Positions 12,747-27,545 of a stretch of DNA of 64,000 nt are shown in pieces. The translations under genes were made by a program, and so were the position numbers. A model generated the notes under the pieces. It ran no database searches. It was not told the DNA's origin and was given only the letters and a program-made list of their open reading frames with translations. Numbering within the stretch: the first letter of the stretch is position 1; every line of letters starts with the position of its first letter. This DNA comes from Raja brachyura (lineage: Eukaryota): NCBI GenBank assembly GCA_963514005.1, contig OY740813.1, forward strand, positions 10,602,001 to 10,666,000, read 5' to 3'.

Positions 12747-13520
12747 CTGCAAAGAAAGGAACATTTGCTCAATGCAGAATACAAACTAAAAACATAGATT
12801 TCCATTAACCAAAAGCTATTATGGAGCATGTGCAAATTTATATCGGATTTCAGGTGTAGCGGATTGAGGCTTCCGACCGTGGTGGCTGTTTGTGGGTGGC
12901 GCGCAGTTTGGTGTTGGGCAGTGGACAGGTGTCAGTGGGGAGAGAGTGAGCAGTAAAACACTCTTGAAGAGCATTTCAGCATGCAGGGAATGTGAGTACC
13001 GGGCCCATCCCTGGCGCAGTACGTGAGGGTCCGGGGTCTCTGGGACTCCCTGGCCTGTGAATTCCTGCTCGTTTAACCTGCACATCCCTTGACACCACGT
13101 TTCTTCCCACCTGGCCTTGGGTTAAACTAGTTAATATTTACCCCCTTTTCTCGGTTCTAGCGGATAATTGCCAATAACAGACTCCATTATTCCCCCTTCA
13201 ATGATCCATTATATCGAGGATTTATTGTACTAACACGATCACCTGTGTCCTCTAGCTTTACTTCTGTTCCTGCAATAATATATTACATTAAAACAATCGC
13301 AGTTTTAAAGGATCAATGATTTTTTTCGAAACAGGCTCAAGGCAACGCTAAGGGCTAGTCATACAATCGAAGACAATTTTTTTTTTAAGGTAAGTACTAA
13401 AAGATCACGTTAGGGAAAAAAATGCAAACTAGATATCTAAGCTTGAAGATAATTTGGTTATTGTGTGTATAGGGCCTATCGACTACGTTCACTGATCATA
13501 CATCTATAAATAAAACTCAC

Positions 13521-13590
13521 CTGTTTCCCAGCTGAATGCCACTGAGTGCTGTGGTTCCATCTCTACTCACAAACAACCTTAGATTACTGT
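13521..13590 (-). CDS. EEIG1: EEIG1/FAM102A exon 10
   Basis: Reads DSNLRLFVSRDGTTALSGIQLGNR; ttttcag acceptor and gtgagt donor. Confidence 0.95.
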
Positions 13591-15572
13591 CTGAAAATGA
13601 AGTGTAGAAAACATGAACATGCTGCAGAAAAGAAACTTAAAAGCACTATTAAGAAAACTACTAATGCTATTGATGACAACTCTGATATTCAGATTAGAGT
13701 TTAGCATATCAGAAACCAGAGTGAATTATGATCTTAGTTTAGTTTAGAAATACAGCATGGAATCAGGCCTTCCGGCCCATCCAGTCGACCAACAACTACC
13801 CGCCCACACCTGCTCCAGTGCTCTGCAGTGATTGCTGAATTTCACGTAACCACAGCAACCACATGTAGAACTTTTCAAAAATAACAAGGAAAGAAATCAT
13901 TAATTGTTGTATGATCAAATTTGTTGAGAAAGAGGTAAAGACTGTTCTCCCTCAAATAGGGCTTTTTGACTTGCGCCTGATCCTGTTGAACGCGGCAACT
14001 GAACCTTGAATTAAAAGTTAATTCAATGAAATACTATGTCTACTAAATTAACCGTTTGTCAAAAGGCATTTTTCTATAAAATGGTATACACACTCAATTG
14101 CTGGAAAAGGAGAGAACCAGGGAACAATAGAAAGAAAGAAAAACAATGTAAAAAAAGTGTTGGATGTTCTTGAACATTAAAAAATTGTAATTCAATATTT
14201 TAATCAAAGTATAAGTTTTTTTCAAAAAGTACTTTATTTCAAAGATCACTTGCTCTTTACAGTGTGTTTACAGAATGTTTACAGTGAAGTGAATGATTTG
14301 AAAATTTTATTGGGGGCTTTATGGGAATGAGTGAAAAAGTTTCCACACAATGAGCTTTGATGATGCTATTCGTCAAAGCATGATTGAAGAAGATTATGGT
14401 AACTTTCAAAAAGGGTTTGAACAAATACATAAAATGTAAAATACTGTAGATCAGAAAAAAGAAACAAAAAACAGGGTCACATAACGAATTAGATATCTCT
14501 GACAGGCAGCTCTATTCTCTGCCCCATGGCTCTAACACCCGTTTTATCTCTGGCACTAAGAATCCTGAGAATGCTGGGGGTTTTTTTACTTTAAAAATAT
14601 TGTGGTAAGAATCATGGATGAAAGGTCAGCTTGTCGAGAACAGGTCAAACAATTGCTGTTTTATCAAACTTAGGAAAATAGGCAAGTGTTCTTATCTATT
14701 TATTTTCCTTAAAAACATAAACATGGATACAGTTCCAACCATATTATTTCCTTTCCTATAATCGGTCTCTGCTAATATTTAAAAATCAAATAAAAAATAC
14801 ACAGAAAATATTTTCCATTGCAAGTTAAAACTATTTTAGTCTTTACTCCCTCAAACAAATATGTCAGTTGCCTTATTTGCATTACTGCCGCACTGAAGTT
14901 CCATTTGACTTAACCAGTGTTTCAGCAAGTACATTCAGTTTGCTTTTCCAGATCATGGACTGCAAACTCTGAAGAAATGGAAACATTTTGGTCCTCCTTT
15001 GTTTCTAAACAAATTAACATCACTTGTCATGTCATATTATTCATATTTGTACAGGACACCCCTGTGTCAATAACAATGAAATATTATAAAGGAGTAAAAT
15101 TAAATTGCACCAGAGAGTACTATGATAAAAAGCACCCAGATTTCACTGAAATGAGATTTATGGTATTTGAACTGTGCATACAAGGTTCAAAATGAAAGAC
15201 TCAGCAGCCAAATTATAGATTTTGGCTTCTAAACACAATCTTCTGAATTGAAACATGGTTAAAGACCGAAATGTTTATAGATCAGTCACTGCTGTAGTCG
15301 TGTCAGGGAAAATGTGTTTGCCAATTAAGAACATCATGATTGCATCAAATTGGTCTTCATTAATTCTTACTGGAGAATTTGGTACTGTTCATTCAAAATG
15401 GCAACAGTAGATGTTGCAAGAGCCTGAACTTCTCATCAACTGTATTAATCTTCATGAGTACCACATCACCAGAAAATGTCTAGTTTCAAAACTAGTAAAA
15501 CAGTGAAGTTACTTATGATCTCCGTGGTGATATTTATCACCATATGTTTCCTTTACTTTGAAAGTTAGCATT

Positions 15573-16686
15573 ATAGAAACATAGAAATTAGGTGCAGGAG
15601 TAGGCCATTCGGCCCTTTGAGCCTGCATCACCATTCAATATGATCATGGCTGATCATCCAACTCAGTATCCCATACCTGCCTTCTCTCCATACCCTCTGA
15701 TCCCCTTAGCCACATCTAACTCCCTCTTAAATATTGCCAATGAACTGGCCTCAACTACCCTCTGTGTCAGAGAGTCCCAGAGACCCACCACTCTCTGTGG
15801 GGAAAAAAGTCCTTCTCATCTCGGTCCTAAAGGATTTCCCCCTTATCCTTAAGCTGTGACCCCTTGTCCTGGACTTCCCCAACATTGGGAACAATCTTCC
15901 TGCATCTAGCCTGTCCAACCCCTTAAGAATTTTGTAAGTTTCTATAAGATCCCCTCTCAATCTCCTAAATTCTAGAGAGTATAAACCGAGTCTATCCAGT
16001 CTTTCTTCATAAGACAGTCCTGACATCCCAGGAATCAGTCTGGTGAACCTTCTCTGCACTCCCACTATGGCAATAATGTCCTTCCTCAGATTTGGAGACC
16101 AGAAATGTACGCAATACTCCAGGTGTGGTCTCACCAAGACCCTATACAACTGAAGTAGAACCTCCCTGCTCCTATACTCAAATCCTTTTGCTATGAAAGC
16201 TAACATACCATTCGCTTTCTTCACTGCCTGCTGCACCTGCATGCCTACTTTCAATGACTGGTGTACCATGACACCCAGGTCTCGTTGCAGCTCCCCTTTT
16301 CCTAATCGGCCACCATTTAGATAATAGTCTGCTTTCCTGTTTTTGCCACTAAAGTGGATAACCTCACATTTATCCACATTATACTGCATCTGCCAAACAT
16401 TTTCCCACTCACCCAGCCTATCCAAGTCACCTTGCAGTCTCCTAGCATCCCCCTCACAGCTAACACTGCCCCCCAGCTTAGTGTCATCCACAAACTTGGA
16501 GATATTGCCTTCAATTCCCTCATCCAGATCATTAATGTATATTGTAAATAGCTGGGGTCCCAGCACTGAGCCTTGCGGTACCCCACTAGTCACTGCCTGC
16601 CATTGTGAAAAGAACCCATTTACGCCTACTCTTTGCTTCCTGTTTGCCAGCCAGTTCTCTATCCACATCAATACTGAACCCCCAAT
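15573..16686 (-). mobile_element. CR1 LINE, 5'-truncated young copy (RT C-terminal half)
   Basis: ORF 15751-16671 contains SGVPQGSVLGP and KFVDDTKL. It has a 3' UTR with a (TTTCTATG)n tail and a frameshift near the C-terminus. Confidence 0.95.
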
Positions 16687-17159
16687 TATGTACTAAGAAA
16701 TATATTTTTTTTTAGCAGCCTGTAATCCAAATGCTAAAGAAGAGGGGTAAGATAAGAGACAAGAATCATCATTTTCTAAAAATTCTAGGAATTGTGACAA
16801 GGATTTACAGAGCGGCAAATGTTGTACTACTGTTTAGTCAGGATATACTAGCAAATCATCTCCTGCATGTCAAAAGATCTAATCCATTTAGGGATGAAAT
16901 TAATGTACATTTCGAGAGACTATTCAGGAATTGTCAGTATATATTTGGAAAGAAAAACTTGTGTTTCCACAGCATGAAAATAAAATCAATTGGGTAGCGT
17001 TGGTATGTATGGAGTATCTTCTCCAATGTTGTCTGAATTGATAAGAAAATATAAAAGAAAACAAGAATGTCGATTAAATGCAATTAATTCTAACCAGAGA
17101 GATGTAATGAACTCTTTGAAGTAATGAACAATTCTGCTTGTGTTGTAATTTTTTCAAGA

Positions 17160-17640
17160 TGATTTACCAGTGTGGTCCTGTTGAGAATAAGAAGTTAGCA
17201 TAAAGGAAATGAAAATCTCTGGACAGAGTAAAGTAAACAGTAGTAAAATAACTGATTGGGGAACTTGAGTGGTTGAGTGCCAGGAAATTCTGGGTAAGGT
17301 GGCCAGAGATAGTACGAGTACATTGACACGTTTTTAAAGCAGGTGTTCATGCGTATAAATGTGAGACATAAAGATATGAAAAGTGAAACTAGCGTGACTT
17401 AGTACTCATAATTACAGTGTGTTTTAGGTTTGCAATTGATATGTTGGTTTAGGATGGGGAAAAATGTTTCAACATTACTGAAGGGTCACAAAATCTGTGA
17501 AATATTTGGAAAGGACAAGCAGTGTAAGATGGTTACCATTGATTGGCACATTGATATACGTGACACACTCTGAATGAAACAATAAAACTTTTGAACTATA
17601 GAATGCCTGTTTGACCATTATACCTGAAGTTTTTAAATTG
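17160..17640 (+). mobile_element. Highly degraded CR1-like fragment
   Basis: Residual similarity to CR1 ORF2 (cagtgtggtcctg, ggttgagtgccagg...ggcagaga, acagtgtgttttaggtttgc). No ORF remains. Confidence 0.35.
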
Positions 17641-18536
17641 TGTATTCAATTAAACAATTAGTTGCAGCCCCCCCTCATCCTTCCCTTTTAATGTTGAAAA
17701 TGCTTTCTCCTTCCAAGTACTTTTTCCAATTCCTTATGAAAGTTATTACTGAATCGAATCCATTCTTTTGGTAGCACATTTCAGATTATAACATCTTGCT
17801 TAATAAAATCTATTCATTTTGCCTTTAGTTCTTTTGGTGATTCACTAAAACGTTAGAGATTGCTGATGTTTGGTGTGTTACAAGTCGAGACTGGAACTAT
17901 ACAATCATTTAAAAGTGACTGGATTCACATTTAAAAAGGAAATATAAAAGACTACAAGGATGACATTTAACTGACAAGCTAAGATGTAATGAACTCGTGG
18001 ATGTAATGAGTAATTCTGCTGTCAGTAATTTCTTCAAGACAATTTATTTGCGTGGCCTTATTGGGAATAAAAGAATATAAAATTTGGCAACTGTTGAATC
18101 TGCATATTTCCACAATCGTCTCATCAAAGGACCACACATCATTGTGGTCACCCTCCGCAGAAGCCAAGGCACATGACCATTATTGTGCCAGGCTCTCCGC
18201 AGTTGCATTAGTCATGCTTGAGCATAAATGGAGCAGATCAACAGAGACATTTAAATAGTATTTTGCATTCCTAATGAACTTAGTCATATCAGTCACATAC
18301 TAAAAGTAAGCAACAAAAAAGTAGCCTTCTAGAAAGGAGGCAGTTTCTAAATTGGTTATTATTTTAATGTCTGACTGCTATTATGGCTGCTAACGAATAG
18401 CTACTTAGATGAGGTAGATACAGCAAGATATTGCAAATGCTGAAATTCTGCAGACACGCGTGCATGCACATGCACCCCTCAACCCTACGAGTTCTCCAGT
18501 TTGGTTTCTTTTTTGCGCGAGATGTGGTGACAGTTA

Positions 18537-18761
<225 letters not shown>

Positions 18762-19052
18762 CTACATGCTTGAAGGTTATCAGAATAAACACTTGAGGAG
18801 CCTGCCACATAAAAGTTGGCATATTTATTTTCCAAATCTCCCTTGAAAGCATTGACGTCAACAGTCCATGCATAACACTTTGTTTAAGCAAATCACTGAA
18901 GGTCAGTCCAGTGGATGCCCAACAGGTGCACTAGTGCTTTTTCCAGGGGCATCTATATGATCAGGAGCACAAATTATGATTACCCTACGCAGCAGTTGGC
19001 CACAAGGTCAATTGCAGTATCCACATGACTACCTCAGGAGAAGTTATGTGTG

Positions 19053-19245
19053 GGAAGGAACAGCAGATGCTGTTTTAAACTGAAGATGGACACAAAAAGC
19101 TGGAGTAACTTAGTGGGACAGGTTTCTCTGGAAAGAAGGAATGGGTGACATTTCAGGGCGAGACTGAAGAAGGGTCTCGACCCGAAACATCACCCATTCT
19201 TTCTCTCCAGAGTTGCTGAGTTACTCCAGCTTTTGGTGTCTATTT
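19053..19245. mobile_element. Penelope-type palindromic repeat with hammerhead core at 19164-19191
   Basis: Inverted halves flank ctgaagaagggtctcgacccgaaacatc. Confidence 0.8.
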
Positions 19246-20402
19246 TCAGGAGAGGTTAGCTGGTTCAGTGCAAAAACAAATCCTATACCTTCATGATCAG
19301 TTTAGCCTAATACCAAACCAAGCATTTCTCAGTAAGCAATTAAGACAACTAAAGTTGGAGTTTCTATGGCCTTTTCCCCCATCCAAGATCAGATTGGAAG
19401 TCATATTATTATTTTATTCCCATTGATTGCAAAATATTTTGTGGCTCACTCAAAAATAAAGTTAGTCAAAGGTAAGTAAATGCACTTATGAAGCATTGTT
19501 TTATAATTCCATCATTGAAAAAAACAATGCTGATGGCCTCCTTACTATTTATTTCTACATTTTTGAACAATTTTTGCAAGTCTTATAGAATAGTTCAGAT
19601 AAAGATTCAAGTACTTTCTTCTCTGCTCTTACTCATATCATAGCAATTACTGTATCTTGGAGAAGGGTGCAAATTTGCTATCAATTAGTAATAGATTGTG
19701 TGGAGGCACAGATGATCAAAAATAAAACGTGCAGGTTCCACAAATTCATTCCACAGAGGACTTTTGCAGTCGAGAGACAAGTTTGATCCGATCAATATGG
19801 GTCAGATTTGAACCCAGCTTGTTGAAATAAAAAAATCAACTTGCCTCCCCTTCTCTGCAAGGACAGGTTTAGATATAAGGTTACATAGCAACTGAAAGCA
19901 GAAGCTCTTGGTCAGTGGATGGGACAACAAATCATCAGACAAAATAGAGCAAATCTAGGATCCAAATGGCATTGATTGAAACCATCTTTTAGTTAAAATA
20001 AAATGAATCAAGTGGGAGAAAAAATGTAATAGAATGGCACAGCTTTCGTTGAAGGAATATGTGATCCTAATGAAACAACTTTAGAGTGGAGTAGAGTGCC
20101 CTTAAGACTGAATCAATAAAACACACATTAGTTAGAAAATCCAATATGAAGAAATTGCCATATAGCCGAATGTTGCAAAATATGAATATATTAGCAGATA
20201 AGAAAATATTGAATGGTATAAAAACCCATTGTTGTTTACATGAACATAAGACTTCAGACAAACATTTTCTGATCTGGGACAAACACATATCTAAGACTGT
20301 ACAGTGTGGAGTTTGAAAAATGTAATAAGGACAGAATGGATTACAGATCATAACATTAACATTCTTCAAATCAAACTGTACATATAATGTTCCGTGGTCT
20401 CA

Positions 20403-20795
<393 letters not shown>

Positions 20796-20940
20796 TTATT
20801 AGGCAGTACCTGATGCTCCCAGGTATTTCTTGATATTTTTCAAAATGAATAGGAATGGCTAAAGGCCTTCTCCTGTGATGAGGATGTCAGAAGGAAGAAA
20901 TTGTGGTTCAAATGCTTATAAATCCTTCTACCTTGTAATT

Positions 20941-21295
20941 AGAACATAGACAAGTACTTTTCTACAGCACAAGAAAAAGCCCCTCGGCCCAAAAGATCCA
21001 TGCAGAACATGATGCCAAGATACACTAATCTTATTTGCTGGCACACAATACCACTATGCCTACACCACTATCCTTGGCAGCGCATTCCAGGTATCCACCT
21101 CCCTCTGTGTAAAAAAGTTGCTCCGTATATCTCCTTTAAGTTCTGCCCTCTAATCTTTGCAATTCCACCCTGGGAAGGTTCAGACTGTCCACCCTATTTG
21201 TGTCTCATAATTTGATATACTTCTATCAGGTCTTCCCTCAACCTCTGGCATTCCAGAGAAAACAATCCAAGTCAGTCCAACCTCGCTCTTTATAA
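20941..21295 (-). mobile_element. CR1 3' fragment (degraded)
   Basis: Tail agaacataga, followed by cagcgcattccagg...ctctgtgtaaaaaa and tctatcaggtcttccctca, which parallel the intact CR1 3' region. Confidence 0.65.
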
Positions 21296-21782
21296 TTCCT
21301 ACAGAGTTGATTAAAAATAAATATGTTTTTCTCCTGCGAGGAGTTGAGCGAGCAATAACTGCCAGCCTTATTAGAAATTCATGAAGCAATGCCCAGATCC
21401 CTAGACTTGGCTGACCAAATCTATCGACTCCACCAGATATGTACAGGTGACCTGTTCTAGATTACATCTATTTCACTGGCAGAGAAACGTTAATGCCGAA
21501 CCAACAGTTTTCATTGCAGTACAAGGTCATTACTAAAGGTGGAATTTCATTTCTGCATCTAGTTCTGACAGCAACAGTGATAATAACATTTGAAATGTAG
21601 CAGATTTTGATCCTGAAGGGCATGATGGACTACTCTGATTACTCCGCATTCCTGGGTGTGTAGATTTGTGTGATAAGGCTGGAATAAGCCTCATGAGCTA
21701 AATCCAAGAGAGTTTTAGTGCTGTAAACTACGACATTGTTCTTGTTTGAGATTTGCCATGAAATGGTTAACAGTGTCCATTT

Positions 21783-22164
21783 CAAAGATCCTATAGCGGA
21801 GCAAGATAGACCACTCCTGCTAAATGCAATGTAGTACGGAACGGAACGTGGGCCTTTTTTTCATCCATTTCCATAACCGGACCCGACTCGACCCGACTCG
21901 CAATGTAATCAACGTTGCGGGGGATCAGTTTGTGTTAATAAATTAAAATTCTGAAAATTAGAAGATTTTTACCAAATAACTTTTATTTTTACGAGGATGT
22001 TTCCGTAACCGGCTTCCGTCTCCGCACTATTATCCTATGGGATCTTTGGTGCAGAGACGGAAGCCAGTTACGGAAATGGGGCCTTAAATTACCCATGAAT
22101 CTGCCCATGACCGTACTACGTCTTTTTCGTCGAGTGGACTATCTTGCTCGCTATAGGATCTTTG
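21783..22164. mobile_element. Non-autonomous DNA transposon with 8-bp TSD (hAT or P superfamily)
   Basis: About 33-bp TIRs (caaagatcctatagc(g)gagcaagatag.ccactc). Perfect TSD GTCCATTT at 21775-21782 and 22165-22172. Confidence 0.9.
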
Positions 22165-23507
22165 GTCCATTTCATCCATCTGCCCAGTTTGAAATTTGAA
22201 ATTATTGCTCAACTTAAAAAAAGTGTAGTTTGAGGACAAAATCATTCATCAATTTAATAGCAAACGTTATTTTGGCAAATAGGAAATAACAGAGTGAATT
22301 AGACGGCAGAATATTATAACATAATGCCCTTTCACTACTGCACCTCAAGATTGTTATGATCTGGGTGAGATTCAGTTTCACCCTTCTGCTGACTTTAATG
22401 CTCCAACAGATTGAGCTCATTATCCAAGCATAAATATAGTTTAAAACTCTAATCTGGTATTAACTAACACAAATCTCAAATAGACACCAAGCAACTGCTC
22501 ATGTGAATTGAAATTGTTTCTTTAAAACAAAACTGATGCAATAACACAAAAGATGACGAGTCAGGATCTACATAGGACATGGAAAGGTTATACCATAAAA
22601 ATAAATTAAAAGAGAAAAAAGAGCAATCAATCAGTAACTCTAGTATACCCATCCGCAAAATAAGTCAGCATTATTTTAAAGATTAATAATGAAGGTCACT
22701 GCAGTAAAACCTTTGAAGAATTCTCTGCAACAAATTCCTTCTATCTGCTTCACCACATGTGTCTTCATTGGGTCATCCTTTATAATTTGAACTCGTTGAC
22801 TTAATTAAATTAATTGTTTTAGCCACACAATAAGCAAAATGCATTCCTTTCAGAATAGGATTTTATGAATCAGTATCAGCCCCACTACCATGAACGCCTA
22901 TATTGCAGGTGTCGTTGGTGGATAAAGGATACAATTCACTTTTGGAATCTGAATCTATTGAAATTTCTGATGTATTAAAAATGGGAGCAACCAATGCCTT
23001 TGTATTGCACGAACGTCAAATAATTATTTTCTCCCCCCCTTTGGTTCATTCCTTATGCAATGTTGACAATAAATAAATCTCATATATTGAATAATACCTC
23101 TGTAAGGATAATACATTTGGAGGCAAGGATGAGGAATTCCTCCAAAACCCAAGACAAAACTGAGTGTTCCATTCTTAGTCACATACGTTCGAGCTTTTGA
23201 AAACTGGCCTAGTTATTTGCTCAAATCAAAATCATAACTTTATCCCCATTAGTCATCTTTCTGCATTGATTGCGCTGCTCAGCAGCACAACATTTTTCTT
23301 TACATTTATGAATATATCTTTTAACATTCCTATGCACTGAACTGGGAGGCCAGTTAAGGAAAAAATATTCAAAAGAAATTGAACCCCATACCACTGTCAT
23401 CAGGTCTGCATTGATGTACTCAATAGATTCAATTCCTTTGAAAAATGTCTTCAAGCGGAACACAAGGAGTGGCACAATAGAAGGCAGACTGAAAATAGAG
23501 GAAACTA

Positions 23508-23651
<144 letters not shown>

Positions 23652-24377
23652 TTAAATAACATTCAAGGCAAAGGCACAAGGTAATATAATGGAACCAACA
23701 GAATGAAGAATTAAGAAAAAAAACAAATATTTCTTTGCTTGGCTGACTGTTGAGAACATACTGAGCTGGGTAGAAGCAGCCAAAGAGACCAGCAGAAAGG
23801 AATGAAGCATAAACTGCTTTACTGGAGTTGATAATCATCACAATCATCCGCTACTTAAATATTCATTGCATACAATGAATCAAATGTTACAATACACATT
23901 ATATAATCTTGGTGTTCAAAATCTCAGTTTGTGCACTTTTAACAGGGGATTGGGGAAAGATATACATTCTATCAAATATGGCACTGTATTTCAGATATTG
24001 GATAAAAACATGCTGGAAATCTGAAAAAAAAAGAGTAGAAAATGTTGGAAACACTGCAGGTCAGGCAGCGCCTGTGGAAAGAGAACCTTAATTTGTAAAC
24101 ATTACTTCTGCTTCTCCTTTCATAGGTTCTTCCTCACATTCTGAACATTTGCAGAATTTTTGCTTTTATTTCAGAGTTGTGAGGAGGTGTCTTTATGCAT
24201 TGAGTCCTTTTAATCTAAAATTATTTGCCTGAAAGGGTTGGTGAAACTAAATTCCATAGTAAGTTTCAAAATAAATGGTTTAAATAACTGAAAAATACAT
24301 AACAGTTCTCGGCTACAGGGAAAGAGCAGGGAAGTGGTGCTAAATGCAGAAAATGCGAGAAAAACTCAAATCAGGCA

Positions 24378-24418
24378 AGAGCGAGAGCGAGAGAGCGAGA
24401 GCGAGAGAGCGAGAGCTC
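24378..24418. repeat. (GAGC/GA) microsatellite
   Basis: agagcgagagcgagagagcgagagcg... Confidence 0.85.
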
Positions 24419-25243
24419 TCAGACAAAGGTTAGTGAACTACCTATAATGTGAAACTTGCTGATCAATATATTCAGCAGATCTAGCAACAAATTACAACCC
24501 GTCTGAATTACTTTAACAAGAAATCTAAATTCCCTCGTAATATTTAAGTGTTCTTTGCCAAATAGTTGGAATATAAATCCACCAATTATTAATGATTTGT
24601 GGAATCAGGTTCCATCAACCCACACAGATAGTGAATTTTGGATCATAACATCAGTATATTGGGAAACCTTTAAGAACAATAAGTTTCCATAAAGATATTA
24701 GCACATTGTTTAGAGTCTCTGTGAAGTCTTACATCAGCACTCGGTTTACGGAAGCAAAGTGAAATGAATGAGGATAGCTCAGTCAACAACAGTAACATGG
24801 AACAGCACTCAGTCTGTAAAACAACTGATAGTAAAATCAAGGGAAATTAAAATATACCAGCTCAGAAAAATGTCAAGCCTTTAGATTAATGTCCAATGCT
24901 TTATACAAAGTCCCAGTTCTGATCATTTAGTGTTACAACAATCTCAAATGTCAGACTGAATTAAATCTGGGTAGTGCAAATGCTAACATTTTGCTGTAAC
25001 CTACAGGCAAACAGGACTGAATAATAACAATGATGTCTGCCCTGATTAATCAAACGAGTTTGTTGTACAAGATCATTGTTAATATTTTCAATTAGTATCA
25101 TTATTTTGTTAAGACTACACTCGTATTGTAACAAATACAATTTATAGCCAGCTTCTCAGCAGTTCTTCACAGCATGAAAGTTGTACTGAATGGACTCTAC
25201 ATACATTTAAGTTTTCCTTTCATACAATTGGAGTTTCTTTTAC

Positions 25244-25395
25244 CTGAGTTGAGTGGAGGCCGAGGTTTTGGCTGCCTTACTGAATTCAAGCCCCCAGAGG
25301 CTACATTATTGCCTGTGGTCCCATCTCCTTTACAGTCCAGCTGCAAGGAGCTATCTTGGCCTGGAATCGCGATGGACTTGGCAGTACATGCGGGC
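25244..25395 (-). CDS. EEIG1: EEIG1/FAM102A exon 6
   Basis: Reads PACTAKSIAIPGQDSSLQLDCKG...RQPKPRPPLNS; ctacag acceptor and gtaaaa donor. Confidence 0.95.
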
Positions 25396-27477
25396 CTGTA
25401 GAATACAACAGAAGATTTCTTTAGCAATGTTTAGACATTTCACGTTAAAATAAATGCAACAATGCTCAACAGGTTTTACATCATCCACAGTAAAGCTGCT
25501 ATTGATTAGCATGTGATTAACCACCCTTAAACATTCTGCACTTCCAGCATCAGTGTAATTACTTCCAAGGCAATCAATAGACAATCTTATTAGTTCAAGA
25601 TCTCAATTTTTGGAAGAGAACCTTAATTTTCATAGGGACACACTGCAACATTGCAACTCAATAGTTAATTCTCTCTTTAGATAATTTGCCCTTTTTCTTC
25701 CTGTATCGGAACTGACCATTACTGTCCATCATCATTTTGACTCCATTTTTATTTTGCTCTTTGTATAGCCTGACTGCCCGATTATGTCCCACAACCTTGC
25801 AATTAGAAATACAAAGAAAACCTAATCCTACCCACTACTCTGCTGCATTAATTTGTTTGGGCTCATGCTATCACAAATATTCCTTCTGTTCTACACATCC
25901 CTCCACCAAGTTTCCCTGTCACTGAAAGCCAACTTATTTTCCCTTTCCAGTTCTAAAGACATGTCTTGGACCCAAAATCTTAACCGTTTAACAATACACA
26001 GGACCAAATTTACCAGAGGGCAGCACAGAGCGAATGAGAAAACACAGGCAGAGTCAAACTCGACAACAGTTAAACAAAATGGAGAGATCCAACTGGTGAA
26101 GATTCCTTGGAATCTTAATTGCCTTGGAAACTGCAGTAAATTATCCCCAACATCAGATTGTAATCCTCTGTTGAATTAACTAATTACATGACAAAACAAT
26201 GTTTTGTAAAGTGCTGTGCAGTTAAAAAACAGCAAGGGGCTGTTGAAAAGGTTGGCTTGGACAAACGGGTGTTTGTGAACTCACAGCTTTCTGCCACAGC
26301 TGTGTGCTCCAACCATTACGATTACACTGTCTGCTGCAAACTTTGTCTCTGATAAGAAAAGAGTCTTTAAAGTTAGAAACCTGAGGATCCAAGTCCCATT
26401 TCAAGTAACTGAGCATAATCTCTGATGATTTAAATCAGCTGTGAGAACACCATCTCTTCCCACAAAATATGCATTGAAATAAACAAATTCTTCATTCTAA
26501 ATTCTAAAAATTATATTAAGATAAATGTTAAAATATGTTATTAACATGAAAAGTTTAGAATGAGAGAAAGAGACAGCAAGTAACACCTAATGGATACATA
26601 CAAGGCTTGTAAGTCAGAGACTTATACCTAAATAGTATGTCAAACTATGAGGAAATAAAATGTTAAGTTCTCTGCAACAACTTGCAGCATTTCTCTTTCA
26701 CCCATCCTTCTTTGCCTTGTGGATTATTATTTGGGTATAAGGTTTGTTGGAGATGGGCAGCCTTCCAAATACTTGTTCATAAAATCATTCTTTATGCTGG
26801 CTCCACACAGGCCAACAATAGTCATGATCACATCCAATTATTCCACACACATTTTATCAAAGACACGGATTTTATATACTTTTGGACATAGTAACATAAC
26901 AAATTGTATCTTTCACTGCTAATCATTAGGAACCCCAAACATGGTGTTCATGTATAAAACTGTGCAGTTTGAAGGTAGTGGTCATAAGAACAGAAGCAAG
27001 ATTTCACACAATGCTGAAAATTAGTTTTTCCATCCTGCTGTGGTTGATATTTTGAACCTTTCAGAAGTATTTTTGGAATCTATTTTGAAACATCTTTTGG
27101 GATAAATTGGAGCTCTCAAAAACGGTTCTTTTTAAGAGAAAACATATTTTCTGTGGTTGTAAAGTAACCCTAAACTTTTGCAAATTTTGATTTATTAATA
27201 AAGCTGAACAATAAATTTAATGTGAAATAAACTGAAAGTTAAAAAACAAAATAATGATCCTCTCAAACCTTTATATTTTTTATTTAAGAGTCTTGGCAAA
27301 TGTTTGTACTATATCCAGTGCTACAAAACTCGTGCTTGTTGCTACGGTTGTTACTATCATAAAGGGCAATTGTTTCAGTTTTGACTGCTGATCAGAAAGA
27401 TCAGAATTTTATGAATTTTAAGTGAGATGACAACACTCATTTTCATTTGAATCCTCAAATTCAAATTTAACCCTACG

Positions 27478-27545
27478 GTCACTTATCCATTTTCTCCAGA
27501 GATGCTGCCTGACCCGCTGAGTTACTGCAGCATTTTGTGTCTATC
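27478..27545 (+). mobile_element. Penelope-type repeat fragment
   Basis: ctccagagatgctgcctgacccgctgagttactgcagcattttgtgtcta. Confidence 0.7.
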
